A stretch of 64,000 bases of DNA from Aminithiophilus ramosus (GCF_018069705.1 NZ_CP072943.1:2671668-2735667); one strand, 5' to 3'; counted from the stretch's first letter, positions 10,061 through 20,600 are shown. Program-made: numbers and translations. The notes: generated by a model from the letters alone, not told the origin.

Positions 10061-11803
10061 TCACGGGTCGGGGAAGCGCTCCCTGACGGCCAGGAAGGCC
10101 TCCATGTCGTTCAGGACGAGGTCCACCAGGTCGGGATCGAACTGGCGCCCCCTCTGGGTCCGGAAGTAGTCGGCCACGGCCTCGGCCGTCCAGGGCTCCT
10201 TGTAGCAGCGGCGGCTCAGGAGGGCGTCGAAGACATCGGCCACGGCCACGAGGCGCCCCATGATGTGGATCCCCTCTCCGGCCAGTCTCCGGGGGTAGCC
10301 CGATCCGTCCCAGCGCTCGTGGTGCTGGCCGGCGATGAGGGCCGCCACCTGAAGGGCTCTCCTCCGCGACCGCCCCAGGAGGGCGGCGCCGATGGCGGCG
10401 TGTTTTTTCGCCTCCTCGAACTCCTCGTCGCTGAGCCTGCCCGGCTTGGAGAGGACGGCATCGGGAACGGCGATCTTGCCCAGGTCGTGAAGGGGAGCCG
10501 CCCGGCGCAGCAACTCCACGTCCGAGGCGTCGAGTCCCCTCTTCTCGCCCAGGAGGGCCGCCACTTCGGCGACGCGTCGGACGTGATTGGCCGTCTCGTG
10601 GGACCGCCCTTCGATGGCGTCTCCGATGAGGTCGATCGTCTCCTCCTGGGCATCGAGAAGCTCCTTCTGGAGGGACTGGAGCTCGGCCCTGTGGCGCAGG
10701 AGGCGGTTCTTGCGGCTCAGGGCCCCCATAAGGAGGGCGATGACGACGAGCAGAAGGGCGATGACGACCGCCGCGACGAGAAGAATCTCGCGATGGCGCT
10801 CGTAGAGGGAGGGAGGACGGCCGACGATGACCGTTCCCGGAGGGAAGTCTCCTTCGTCGAGGCCGAAACGCCTCATGACGGCGTAGTCGGCGAAGTAGCC
10901 GGCCTGGAGGTCGACGGCACGGGAGAGGACGGCGGGAGCCTGCCCCCGCCAGAGCCCCTCGAGGTAGCGGGCTCCCGTATAACCGACGTTACGGGGCGAG
11001 AGCATGTAGCCTCCCAGCGTCCCGAAACCCAGGAAGTGCGTCCATGGAGAGTAGAGGGGAGCGGGGGCGACGAGGGAGAGGGTCCCGACGACCTCGCGGG
11101 GCGTCACGCCCCGGTTGTCGCGCTCGTCGCGGGAGAAGGCCAGAAGCAGGAGGATGTCCTCTTCCGTCGTCTCTCCCAGGGCCGATTCCGCCTCGGCCAG
11201 GGAGGCGCAGCCGCGGATCTCCCAGGAGATCCCTCGCCCCTCGCGGGCGACGAGAAGGGGTCGGATCTCCTCCTCCACGGCACGCCCCGTCTCGGTGCCG
11301 TCGTGAAAGGCGCGGATCCGCCTGGCCCCGGGGTTCTGCCTCAGGGCCAGATCGAGGGTCCTCTCCAGGTGAAGCTCCTCGGGAATGACGTGGACGTTGG
11401 GCGGAAGGGGGGGGATGGAGCCGTTGTAGCCGACGGCCACGACGGGCACGTCGGAGAAGAGAGAAGACAGGTGGCGCCGATAGAAATCGAAGGCCCCGTT
11501 GTCGGAGAGGATGACGCCGTCGATGGCGACGCCGCGGAACTTGTAGCGCAGAAGGGCGCCGAGGCGGTCGAGGTAGTCCGGCGCCAGGCGGTGCTTCATG
11601 TCGAGATACTCGACGCGCAGGTCGGGCCTCTCGCCCGACTGCCGAAAGGCTTCGACGATGCCCTGGTGAAGCTCCTCCGTCCAACTCAGGTCCCGTCCGT
11701 AGGAGTGGACGACGAGCACCGTTCCGGGGGCCGCCTCCCCTCTGAGGGGCGGCGGAAGGAGGATAACGGCGGCGAAGAGCAGGAGGACAAGGCGCCTCAT
11801 CAT
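10061..11803 (-). CDS. Periplasmic-sensor HD-GYP phosphodiesterase (c-di-GMP signalling)
   Basis: Signal peptide, a periplasmic ABC-substrate-binding-like domain, a transmembrane helix (LLVAAVVIALLLVVIALLMGA), a coiled coil, then an HD-GYP domain (HDLGKIAVP ... HHERWDGSGYP). Confidence 0.8.
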   Translation of the reverse strand: MMRRLVLLLFAAVILLPPPLRGEAAPGTVLVVHSYGRDLSWTEELHQGIVEAFRQSGERPDLRVEYLDMKHRLAPDYLDRLGALLRYKFRGVAIDGVILSDNGAFDFYRRHLSSLFSDVPVVAVGYNGSIPPLPPNVHVIPEELHLERTLDLALRQNPGARRIRAFHDGTETGRAVEEEIRPLLVAREGRGISWEIRGCASLAEAESALGETTEEDILLLLAFSRDERDNRGVTPREVVGTLSLVAPAPLYSPWTHFLGFGTLGGYMLSPRNVGYTGARYLEGLWRGQAPAVLSRAVDLQAGYFADYAVMRRFGLDEGDFPPGTVIVGRPPSLYERHREILLVAAVVIALLLVVIALLMGALSRKNRLLRHRAELQSLQKELLDAQEETIDLIGDAIEGRSHETANHVRRVAEVAALLGEKRGLDASDVELLRRAAPLHDLGKIAVPDAVLSKPGRLSDEEFEEAKKHAAIGAALLGRSRRRALQVAALIAGQHHERWDGSGYPRRLAGEGIHIMGRLVAVADVFDALLSRRCYKEPWTAEAVADYFRTQRGRQFDPDLVDLVLNDMEAFLAVRERFPDP

Positions 11804-11984
11804 ATCCCTCCAGACGGGACTGTACCTTTTTCAAAGTATAAAGCTTTCCATCTTCTCTTGCCCTCACGAAAAGGAGTCCATAATGTATCCGCAAGAGGGA
11901 CCTCCCCGAGCGTCCCCTCTCCATGCAGAGATCTCCGCCAGGAGGTATGATTTCCCGAGAATCTCAGAACAGGAGGCGAACCCC

Positions 11985-13526
11985 ATGAAACTCTCCCGGC
12001 TTCTGGCCCCGACGAGCCGCAACAACCCCTCCAAGGTCCGCGACGAGGCGGCGATCCGCCTCGTCCGGGGAGGCTACGGCCTTTACGAGCCCTCCTCGGA
12101 GGAGCTGCTCCTTCTCCCCCTGGGAGAGGTGACCCTCGGCAACATTTTCGACCTCTTCGACGATCTCTGCCGCGACGAGGGGGGCCAATCCGTCGACAGC
12201 GCCTCCCTTCCGGGCGGCGCCCTGTCCATCGCCGTCCGCATCGTCAAGCAGGAGGAACAGCTCCCCCTCCTCCTCTTCGAGCGGCGCGGAAGGGGTCTGG
12301 ACCTCCTCTCCATCGACGGAGCGTCGGCCCCCGATCCCGACGGCGACCCGATCCTGGAGCGTCTCGGGGAGGAACTTCGCGACAGGGGGCTGGAGCCGGT
12401 CCTTCTGGAGAAAGAGCCGGGAGGGACGATCCGCCTGGCCCTGAAGGGCTCCCCGAAGGCCCGCAGAGCCGTCGAGGGGCTGGTCTGTCCCCACTGCGGC
12501 TGGGCGGGGACGGCCCACTCGCCCGCTCCGGGACGGATCGTCGATTACGGCCCGAGCCAAGAAGCCCTGAAAGAGGTCCGCACGCCGGGGGCGGACACCA
12601 TCGCCGAACTCTGCCGTCAGCTCGACCTCCCGCCGGAGCGGACGCTGAAGACGATGTTCTACAGCCTCCCCGCCCCTGACGGAGAGGGACGGCGGGTCGT
12701 CGTCGTCCTCATGAGAGGGGACTGCAAGATCAGCGAGGCCAAGGTGGCCGCCTTCTTCGGCGTCGACGAGGTCCGCTTCGCCACGGCCGTCGAGCTTCAC
12801 GAGACGATGGGCAGCCTGGGGGGCTATCTGGGCCCCGTGGGGCTCCCCGAGGGCGTCACCGTCATCGCCGACGAGAACGTCCAGGGCCTCGCCGACGTGG
12901 CCGTAGGGGCCAACAGGGCCGATCACCATCGCACCGGAGCGGCCTGGGGGCGCGACTTCCGGGCCGTCGTCACCGATCTGATCGCCCTCGAGAAGGGAAA
13001 GCCCTGTCCGGCCTGCGGCGCCTCCCTCGAAGAGGCGACGTGGCGCGTCATCGCCGAAAGGACCCCTCTCGGCACCCTGCCCGAGGGCATGGATCTCTCC
13101 TACCGGGACAGCGACAGGAAGCCCCGCAGACCCCGCCTCGCGACGACGCGCCTCGACGCCGAAGCCCTCCTGATGGCCTTCTTCGACGGAGACACGCTCC
13201 CCCTCGACATCGCCCCCTTCCAGGTCCTCGTCACTCCCTGGGGGGAGGGGGAAAGCTCCTCGGCCGAAGCGGCCGAAAGCCTCCACGACGAACTGAGCGA
13301 GGCGGGGTTCGCCGTCCTCCTCGACGATCGTTTCGCCAAGGCGCCCCTCAGGGAGGCCGACTTCGACGGCCTGTCCCTGCCGGTCCGCATCGCCCTCCAC
13401 GACGAGGCGGACTCGGTCCGGGCGACCCTCCACATCGACGGGGAGACGGCCGATCTGCCCCTCGACGACGCCGCCCACTTCCTCTTCCACGCCCTTGGCG
13501 GGTCCTGCAGCTGCTGCGACTCCTGA
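11985..13526 (+). CDS. Prolyl-tRNA synthetase-like protein with a degenerate catalytic core and a retained INS/YbaK-like editing domain
   Basis: The N-terminus (MKLSRLLAPTSRNNPSKVRDEAAIRLVRGGY) parallels bacterial ProRS. The editing domain is conserved (TLKTMFY ... VVVLMRGDCKISEAK ... GSLGGYLGPVGLP). The anticodon-binding region is conserved (APFQVLV ... AVLLDDR). Class II motifs 2 and 3 are not recognisable. An AGGAGG SD precedes the start. Confidence 0.65.
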   Translation: MKLSRLLAPTSRNNPSKVRDEAAIRLVRGGYGLYEPSSEELLLLPLGEVTLGNIFDLFDDLCRDEGGQSVDSASLPGGALSIAVRIVKQEEQLPLLLFERRGRGLDLLSIDGASAPDPDGDPILERLGEELRDRGLEPVLLEKEPGGTIRLALKGSPKARRAVEGLVCPHCGWAGTAHSPAPGRIVDYGPSQEALKEVRTPGADTIAELCRQLDLPPERTLKTMFYSLPAPDGEGRRVVVVLMRGDCKISEAKVAAFFGVDEVRFATAVELHETMGSLGGYLGPVGLPEGVTVIADENVQGLADVAVGANRADHHRTGAAWGRDFRAVVTDLIALEKGKPCPACGASLEEATWRVIAERTPLGTLPEGMDLSYRDSDRKPRRPRLATTRLDAEALLMAFFDGDTLPLDIAPFQVLVTPWGEGESSSAEAAESLHDELSEAGFAVLLDDRFAKAPLREADFDGLSLPVRIALHDEADSVRATLHIDGETADLPLDDAAHFLFHALGGSCSCCDS

Positions 13527-13629
13527 GTCGTCCCCGGAGGGAAAGGGACATGGAGCCCCTTCCCTCCGGGGGCTCTCTGCCTTAGGATAGGAGCGCTCCT
13601 CACTCCATCTGCCGGGAGGTCCTTTCATC

Positions 13630-14520
13630 GTGACCCTTTCCTTCGCCTGGGGCGTCTTGCTGGCCCTGGCCGCCGCCGCCATCTGGGCTTTGGCCCCCGT
13701 CCTCTACCGCCGTTCCCTCGATCACGTTTCGTCTCTCGAACTGGGCGCCCTGCGCACCATCGGCTCCGTGGCCGGAGCCGCCCTCTTCCTGGCCTGGAGG
13801 GAAGGGCTCCCGGCCTTTTCCCCGCCCCCTCTTCCCCTGCTGGCGGCCATCGTCGTCTCCTCCACCGTCTGGCTCGTCGTCGGCGACTTCCTCTACTTCC
13901 TGGCCCTGCCCCGGCTGGGCGTCTCCATCGGCGTCCCCTTCACCTCGGCCTATCCCCTCCTGGCCGTCCCCGCCTCGTGGATCTTCCTGGGCGAGCCCTT
14001 CCGCCCCATCGTCTTTTTGGCGACGCTCCTCATCGTCGCCGGCCTCGTCCTCCTGACGCTCCGCCTCGACGAAGAGAAGGGCGACGGGAAATCCCTCACG
14101 GCGGGCCTCCTTTTCGCCTTCGGCACCATCTGCTGCTGGAGCTTCGGCATCATCACCAACCGTCTTCTCATGGGGCACATCGCCGTCGCCGGCCTCGAAT
14201 GGTGGCGGGCCCTCTCCGTCCTCGCCGGCTCCTGGATCGTCTACGCCCTGGGAGAACGGGACAAAAGACCCCTCGGGCGGATCGGGGGAAGACTTCTTTT
14301 CGAGATCCTCCTCTCGGGCCTTCTGGGCCTCACCGTGGGCAATCTTTTCTTCACCTACAGCATGAATCACGTCTCCGTCGACGTGGCGACCTGCATCGCC
14401 TCCCTGCGCCCCTTTCTGGCGGCGCTTTTTGCCGTCGTCGTCCTGGGCGAATCCTTCTCTCTGCGCAAGGGAGCGGCCATCGCCCTCGTCGTCTCGGGGG
14501 CGCTGCTGTTATCCTTTTGA
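13630..14520 (+). CDS. DMT-superfamily (EamA-like) permease
   Basis: About ten predicted transmembrane helices with a duplicated EamA topology. GTG start with a GGGAGG SD. Confidence 0.7.
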   Translation: MTLSFAWGVLLALAAAAIWALAPVLYRRSLDHVSSLELGALRTIGSVAGAALFLAWREGLPAFSPPPLPLLAAIVVSSTVWLVVGDFLYFLALPRLGVSIGVPFTSAYPLLAVPASWIFLGEPFRPIVFLATLLIVAGLVLLTLRLDEEKGDGKSLTAGLLFAFGTICCWSFGIITNRLLMGHIAVAGLEWWRALSVLAGSWIVYALGERDKRPLGRIGGRLLFEILLSGLLGLTVGNLFFTYSMNHVSVDVATCIASLRPFLAALFAVVVLGESFSLRKGAAIALVVSGALLLSF

Positions 14521-14626
14521 AACGGCGGCAGGAGCCCTTCTTTTACCCTTCCCTCTGGCGCGAGAGCCCCTTTGCTGTTAGGCTCCAGATGCCCCTCAGG
14601 GGGGACTCTTGATCCGGGAGGAACCG

Positions 14627-15412
14627 ATGACACCCACCTATCGAACGGTCTTCATCTCCGATCTCCACCTGGGGCTCCGCTGGTGTCAGGCCGAAAACCT
14701 CGCCTCCTTTCTGGAGCAGCTTCAGTGCCGAACCCTCTATCTGGCAGGAGACATCGTCGACAGCTGGAAGATGGGTCATCGCCGCCTCCTGCCTCCGTCT
14801 CACCTCCGCGTACTCCGGCTCATCGGAGCCATCGCCGGGAAAAGCCGCGTCGTCTACCTCCGGGGCAACCACGACGACCTTCCCGACGACGTCCTGGGGC
14901 AGCACGCCGAGGGCATCGAATTCCTCCGCCGCGACATTCACGAGACGGCCGACGGGCGACGCTTTCTCGTCGTTCACGGCGACGAGTTCGACCTCTTCCA
15001 GAGGGGACGGTGCCGGCTGGCCCGGATGGGAGCCCGGGCCTTCGACGCCCTCATGTGGTTCGACGCCTGTCACAACCGCCTGCGACGCCTCCTGGGGCTG
15101 CAACGCCGCTATCTGGCCTCTTTCCTGAAGCGCGCCATCAAGGATATGGCCGGATCCATGACGGGTTTCGAGGACTCTCTGGCCCGGGCCGCCCACAGAC
15201 TGGGCCTGGAAGGCGTCATCTGCGGCCATCTCCACCACCCCGCCCTCCGGCACATCGACGACCTCTCCTACTTCAACTGCGGCGACTGGATCCACCACTG
15301 CTCGGCCCTGGTGGAGCAGGAGGACGGCCATCTCGATCTCATCGGCTGGAGAGGGCGGGGGCTGACGGCCCTTCCCCTGGCCGGAGAAAGGCCCTTTCTC
15401 CCCTTGGGATGA
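14627..15412 (+). CDS. Calcineurin-like metallophosphoesterase (LpxH/UDP-2,3-diacylglucosamine hydrolase-like)
   Basis: Motifs FISDLHLG, GDIVD and GNHD; the GGGAGGAA SD ends 3 nt before the ATG at 14627. Confidence 0.7.
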   Translation: MTPTYRTVFISDLHLGLRWCQAENLASFLEQLQCRTLYLAGDIVDSWKMGHRRLLPPSHLRVLRLIGAIAGKSRVVYLRGNHDDLPDDVLGQHAEGIEFLRRDIHETADGRRFLVVHGDEFDLFQRGRCRLARMGARAFDALMWFDACHNRLRRLLGLQRRYLASFLKRAIKDMAGSMTGFEDSLARAAHRLGLEGVICGHLHHPALRHIDDLSYFNCGDWIHHCSALVEQEDGHLDLIGWRGRGLTALPLAGERPFLPLG

Positions 15413-15416
15413 GAAC

Positions 15417-15460
15417 GGCCTGCGAAAAAGGGCGGCTACGGCCGCCCTTTTTCGCAGGCC
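15417..15460. terminator. Bidirectional terminator (perfect 20-bp-stem hairpin) between convergent genes
   Basis: GGCCTGCGAAAAAGGGCGGC-tacg-GCCGCCCTTTTTCGCAGGCC. Confidence 0.6.
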
Positions 15461-15467
15461 GGAAACG

Positions 15468-16412
15468 TCAGACCCTGCCTGCCAGGTCCCGCGGGGCCGG
15501 AAGGCCTGCCAGTGACGAGGCCTGGGAGACGGCGTCGACGACGGCTCGCTCCACGGCCCGGACGGCCAGGATCCCCACGACGGAGAGGTCGGCCTCGACG
15601 ACGGGACGGGAGAGGGCGAAGATCGTATCGCCGTCGACCATGGAATGGGCGGGTCGGAGCGTCCTTCCGTAGCCGTCGTGGGCCATCGAGGCCAGCTTGC
15701 CCATCTGGGCCTTGGTGAAGGCCCCGTTGGTGAGGACGACGCCCAGCGTCGTGTTGCCGCCGAAGAGGTCGCGCTTCTCCCTCCAGGCGGCGATCATCTC
15801 CCTTTCCGTGTCGCCCTGCCGCCCCTGTCCGTCGCGAAGACCGGCCACGAGACATCCCCTCTCGGGATCGAAGACATCGCCGAGACAGTTGACGGCCACG
15901 AGGGCCGCCACTTCCAGCTCCCCCTCCTTCTGGAGGGACCAGCCGATGCCGCTTTTCATGGCCCGCTCCATTCCCAGGAATTTCCCCACCGAGGCCCCCG
16001 TTCCGGCGCCGACGGACCCTCTCGCAGGCTCTTCCTCGACGGCATCGAGGCAGGCCTGATAGCCCATGAACCGATCGGGACGGACGCGGCCGTCGCCGAC
16101 GGTGAGGTCGAAAAGGGCCGCTCCGCAGACGATGGGCACCGTCGTCACCGCCACGTCGAAACCGACGCCCCGCTCCTCCAGGTAGGTCATGATGCCCGAC
16201 GCCGCGTCGAGGCCGAAGGCGCTCCCTCCGGCGAGAAAGACGGCGTGGACCTTTTCGACGAGATTGACGGGCGCCAGAAGGTCCGTCTCCCGCGTCGCCG
16301 GGGCGCCTCCGCGAACATCGACGCCCGCCGAGGCCCCCTCCTCGCAGAGGACGACGGTGACGCCCGTCGCCGCCGCCCTGTCCTGTCCGTGGCCGATGCG
16401 AAATCCCTTCAC
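15468..16412 (-). CDS. DmpA/S58-family (P1) aminopeptidase
   Basis: Motifs VKGFRIGHGQD, TGVTVVL and LAGGSAFGL. A GTG start follows a GGAGG SD (chosen over the upstream ORF-track start at 16535). Confidence 0.7.
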   Translation of the reverse strand: MKGFRIGHGQDRAAATGVTVVLCEEGASAGVDVRGGAPATRETDLLAPVNLVEKVHAVFLAGGSAFGLDAASGIMTYLEERGVGFDVAVTTVPIVCGAALFDLTVGDGRVRPDRFMGYQACLDAVEEEPARGSVGAGTGASVGKFLGMERAMKSGIGWSLQKEGELEVAALVAVNCLGDVFDPERGCLVAGLRDGQGRQGDTEREMIAAWREKRDLFGGNTTLGVVLTNGAFTKAQMGKLASMAHDGYGRTLRPAHSMVDGDTIFALSRPVVEADLSVVGILAVRAVERAVVDAVSQASSLAGLPAPRDLAGRV

Positions 16413-16561
16413 TGCCTCGCCTCCTCTGTGCCTGACGACTCGAGGACCGCCATCGAGACGGCCCCGCCCATTATACCGTCGGTTTTCCCCAGGCCATTTC
16501 CAAAAAGGCTTCTTCCCTCTATACTCTAGATGCAAATCATTCGCATAAGGAGGAGAGTCCC

Positions 16562-17455
16562 TTGAAACGTCCCGTTCTGTCCGGCATCCTGACGGTCATC
16601 GCCCTTCTGGCCGTCGTCCTTCCCGCCTCGGCCGACCCCCTGTCGGTCTTCGTCAGCGTCCTGCCCCAGAAGTTCTTCGTCGAGGCCATCGGCGGCCCGT
16701 CCCTGACCGTCCACGTCATGGTCCCCCCCGGAGCGAGCCCCGCCACCTACGAGCCCAAGCCCCAACAGATGGTCGAGCTCTCCGGCGCCGCCCTCTACTT
16801 TTCCATCGGAGTCCCCTTCGAAAAGGCCTGGATGAAGCGTCTCTCTTCGGCCAACGCCTCTCTTAAAATCGTCGCCACCGACGAGGGAACGGAGAAACGG
16901 GCCATGGCCGCCCACCACCACGACGGAGACGACGGCCACGATCACCACCACGGCCACGGCCTCGATCCCCACATCTGGCTTTCGCCCCGATCGGTCCTGA
17001 CTCAGGGACGCGTCATCCTCAGGGCCCTCGTCGCCGCCGACCCCGAGAGGGCCTCCCTCTATCGGGAGAACTACCGCCGCTTCGCCGCCTCCGTCGTCGC
17101 CCTCGACCTGGAGCTTATGGAACGCCTCTCCGTCCTTCCCGAGGGGACGCCCTTCATGGTCTTCCACCCCTCCTGGGGCTACTTCGCCGATGATTACGGT
17201 CTGGAGCAGCTTCCCATCGAGGTCGAGGGGAAAGAGCCCAAGGCGGGCGAGCTGACGGCCCTCGTGGAACGGGCCAAGGCCGAGAAGATCGGCGTCATCT
17301 TCGTCCAGCCCCAGTTCTCCCGCAAGGCGGCCGAGGCCCTGGCCCGCTCGGCGGGAGCGGCGGTGGAGATCCTCGATCCCCTGGCCGAGGATTGGGACGA
17401 AAACCTGCGCCGCGTCGCCGAGGCCCTCGTCGTCTCCGCCTCCCGGCGGCAATAG
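16562..17455 (+). CDS. znuA: Metal (zinc/manganese) ABC transporter substrate-binding protein with a His-rich loop (ZnuA/TroA-like)
   Basis: Signal peptide, the HHHDGDDGHDHHHGHGLDPHIW His-rich loop, and a TTG start with an AAGGAGGAG SD. Confidence 0.75.
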   Translation: MKRPVLSGILTVIALLAVVLPASADPLSVFVSVLPQKFFVEAIGGPSLTVHVMVPPGASPATYEPKPQQMVELSGAALYFSIGVPFEKAWMKRLSSANASLKIVATDEGTEKRAMAAHHHDGDDGHDHHHGHGLDPHIWLSPRSVLTQGRVILRALVAADPERASLYRENYRRFAASVVALDLELMERLSVLPEGTPFMVFHPSWGYFADDYGLEQLPIEVEGKEPKAGELTALVERAKAEKIGVIFVQPQFSRKAAEALARSAGAAVEILDPLAEDWDENLRRVAEALVVSASRRQ

Positions 17456-17506
17456 CCCCTATCGAAGGGCACGCCGAAGGCGCCGTCGACGGCCTTTGCC
17501 GCCACA

Positions 17507-17564
17507 GGCGGAGGGACACGAAGGAGGGGAGGCGAAAGCCTCCCCTCCTTCGTGTCCCTCCGCC
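17507..17564. terminator. Bidirectional terminator, perfect 27-bp-stem hairpin with a GAAA loop
   Basis: GGCGGAGGGACACGAAGGAGGGGAGGC-gaaa-GCCTCCCCTCCTTCGTGTCCCTCCGCC lies between the convergent znuA-like and tamB-like genes. Confidence 0.6.
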
Positions 17565-17633
17565 GATTCCGCCCTCGGGCCTTCTCCGGCGGAAGGTCGG
17601 GCCTCGCGACGATGTCGGGCTCCCCGCCCTCCC

Positions 17634-20600
17634 TCAGTTGCCGAGAATCTTCTGGAGGATCTGCTGCTGAAGGATCTGGCCCGGATCGGTGGGTTGGACC
17701 TTCTCCGGAACGGCCTGGACGTCCTTGCCCTGGGCGGGGGCCTCCTCCCTTTTCGGCTCCAGAGGCTGTTCGATCCTGATGTTGGAGACCTTGGGCGCCT
17801 CCGTCGTGCCCCCCACGTCGAGGGTGACGTTGCGGAAGTCCCGCTGGGAGGCGCTCCCGGTGACGCCCTGGAAAAGCCCCTTGAGGAGGGCCTCCGGCGT
17901 CTGCCCACCGCTGGTCAGAAGGCCCTCGATGCCGCCGAGGAAGGCGTTGAGAGCCTGGACGTTGACGTTGCCCCTCACGTCGAGGTCGAGTTTCTTGTCG
18001 AACCCGACGGAGCCTTCCGCCTCGAGGGTGCGGTAGAGGGCGTCGTCGGGCTGAGCGAGGGCCCGCGTTCCCGGAAGGAGCTGCAGCCCCGAGCTGTCGA
18101 CGGTGTAGTTGGCCAGGATCGACCGGTAGCGGATGCGGGGAGAGCCGTGGAGCTTGGCCAGAAGCTCGGCCGACCGGAAGCCCTCAAGCTCCCCCTCGCC
18201 GACGGAGAGGACGCCGCTGCCCAGGACGGTGCCGAAAGTGACGTTGCCGTTGCCCTTGAAGGAGAGGTCGGCCGGACCGCTGAGGCTGCCCTTCCCCTCG
18301 GCGAAAAGCCGCGTGACGGCCTTGAGGTCCGCCCCCTTGACGGAGGCCTCGGCCGTCCAGGTCCCGCGCTCCAGGACCACCGACGCCGATCCCTTGGCCT
18401 CGCCGCCGGCGACGTTCGCCCGGGCCCCGTCGATCTTCAGGGAATCCCCGCCGAGAAGGAGGGGGACCTTGAGGTTCGAGACCTCCATGCCCCGGACCCG
18501 CAGCGACGACGACGAGAGGTCTCCCCGGCCGGAGAGGACCTTGCCGTCGGCCGATCCCGAGAGGGAGAAGTCGACCTTGCCGGCCATGGCCAGCTCTTCG
18601 GCCCCGGGGAGTTTCGCCGTCAGCAGGGCCACGTCGACGGCCGAGGCCTGGGCCGAGAAGGTGCCGCCGTAGCCCTCGCCGACCCGGGACAGATCGGCCT
18701 TGGCCGAGAAGGGGGCTCCGCCCACCGTGGCCTCCGCCCGTGAGACCGTGAGGGTCGAAGGCGTCCCCGACGCCTCGACGGCCAGGGCCGTCACGGCCAG
18801 ATCGGCCACGGTCAGAGCCGGCGATGAGGCCTTGACGGAGAAGGAGGGCGCTTCCGTCGTCCCCGAGAGGGAGACGTCGCCGTCGATCCTGCCGGCGACG
18901 ACGACGGGAAGGAGGTCCTTCGTCAGGACCTTCGAGAGATCGACGCCCTTCACCGTCCCCTTCAGGTCCAGAGCCTGAGGGGCTTTGGCCGTGTCGATCG
19001 TCCCCGAAGCCGCCAGGCTTCCCCCTCCGAGGCGGGCCGAGAGATCGGAGAGGCGGATACGGGAGCCCTCCATCTGGACCGACGCGGAAAGGGCCTCGAC
19101 GACGGCCCCCGAGGCGCCGATCTTATCGACGGCGACGTCGAGGGGAGCGGCCAGGAGGGCCTTGCCTCCGGGACTGAAACTCCCCGAGGCCCGGACCCCC
19201 TCGAGGCGGATCGCCGGCTCGGCGTCGAGACGGGACGAGGTCGCCGTGACGGCGAAGGTGGGCGAGGCGACGGGACCGTCGGCCTTCCAGTCCAGGGAGA
19301 CCTTCCCCGAGGGGCGGACCGATCCCAGGGCCGGGGCAAAGGCGACGAGGGAGGCCACGTCGAGGTTCGTCACCTTGCCCGAGAGGGCAAGGTGGGCCTT
19401 GCCCCCGGCGAGGCCCGTCACCTTTCCCGAGGCCGACAGGGCCGCCTGCCCCCAGCGGGACTGAAAATCCTTCAGGTCCAGCCCCGAAGCGGCGTAGGAG
19501 AACTCGGCCTTCGTCCCCTCGAAGAGCTCGCCCTGGAGGCGGGCCCGGGCCGACTCGGCCCTGCCCGTCACGGTGTAGGCCGACGGGTTCCCCTGAAGCT
19601 TCAGGGTGACCGAGGCCTTTCCCTGAGGCTTCTGTGCCGCGAGGGCCTCGTCGAGGGCGCCGAGGCCCGAAAGATCGATCTCGGGAGCCCGCAGGGAGAG
19701 GCCGAAGCGGATCTCGGGCGAGTAGACGACATCGCCCTCGACGGTCAGGGCCGTCCCCATCCAGGAGGCCCCGCCCGACACCTTCGCCCGGCCATCGGTT
19801 CCGAAGAGGGCGTCGACGGAGAGGCCCGTGACGGTCTGCCCTCCGTAGGCGAAACGGGGCGCCCGAAGGAAGGCCTTTCCCTTGAGGGAATCGGCCCGCC
19901 CGCCGAGGGTGACGGTGACGGCCTCGATCGTCCCCGTGGCGCCTTCGAGGCCCGGGAAGGTCGAGACCAGGTCGGCGACGGCCACGTCACGGGCCGAAAG
20001 GCCGATATCCAGATCGGGAGGGAGCTGGCCGAGGCCGAAGGCCATCCGCCCCGTCAGCGGGATGGCGGCCACTCGGGCCTTCACGTCGGGAAAGCTCAGG
20101 GACTTCACGTCATAGCTCCACGAAGTCCGGGCCACGTCGAAGGGGATTCCGGAAAGGCGGCCTCCCTCGAAAAGCAGATCCCCCTCCAGACGGGGGTCGG
20201 ACCAGGCTCCCCGGGCCTTCAGGGTCGTCGCGAAGGTCCCGGCGAATCCGCGCTCGGCCAGGTCGGGCCAGAGTCGGCCCAGATCGGCCAGGTCAAAGCC
20301 CTTGAGATCGGCCGTCACGTCCAGAAGGGGCTCGACGGTCCCCTTCCCCTCGATGCGCCCCTTCCCCACGGCGACGTCCAGATCGGCGACGACGGTCTTC
20401 CCGGAAAAGTCGAGGGCGACCTCGCCCTTGACGGGAAGCTCGCGGAAGAGGACATCGACATCGACGTCCAGTCCCCTCTCCCCGAAGGAGGCCTTTCCCG
20501 AGGCGAGGTGGAGAGCCCCCCCCGGCGTGGCCAGATCGACGCGGCGCATCGTCAGCCTGGAGAGGGGAAAGGAGACGGCCCCCCTGTCGTGAATCTCGTC

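Noticed and set aside
16413-16535. Longer N-terminal extensions of DmpA (16535), aminotransferase (43292), transposase (35410), OCD (55373) and dctP (53160) given by the ORF track
   Set aside because: Internal starts with strong Shine-Dalgarno sequences give proteins whose N-termini match family norms. The extensions are Arg/Pro-rich and lack SDs.
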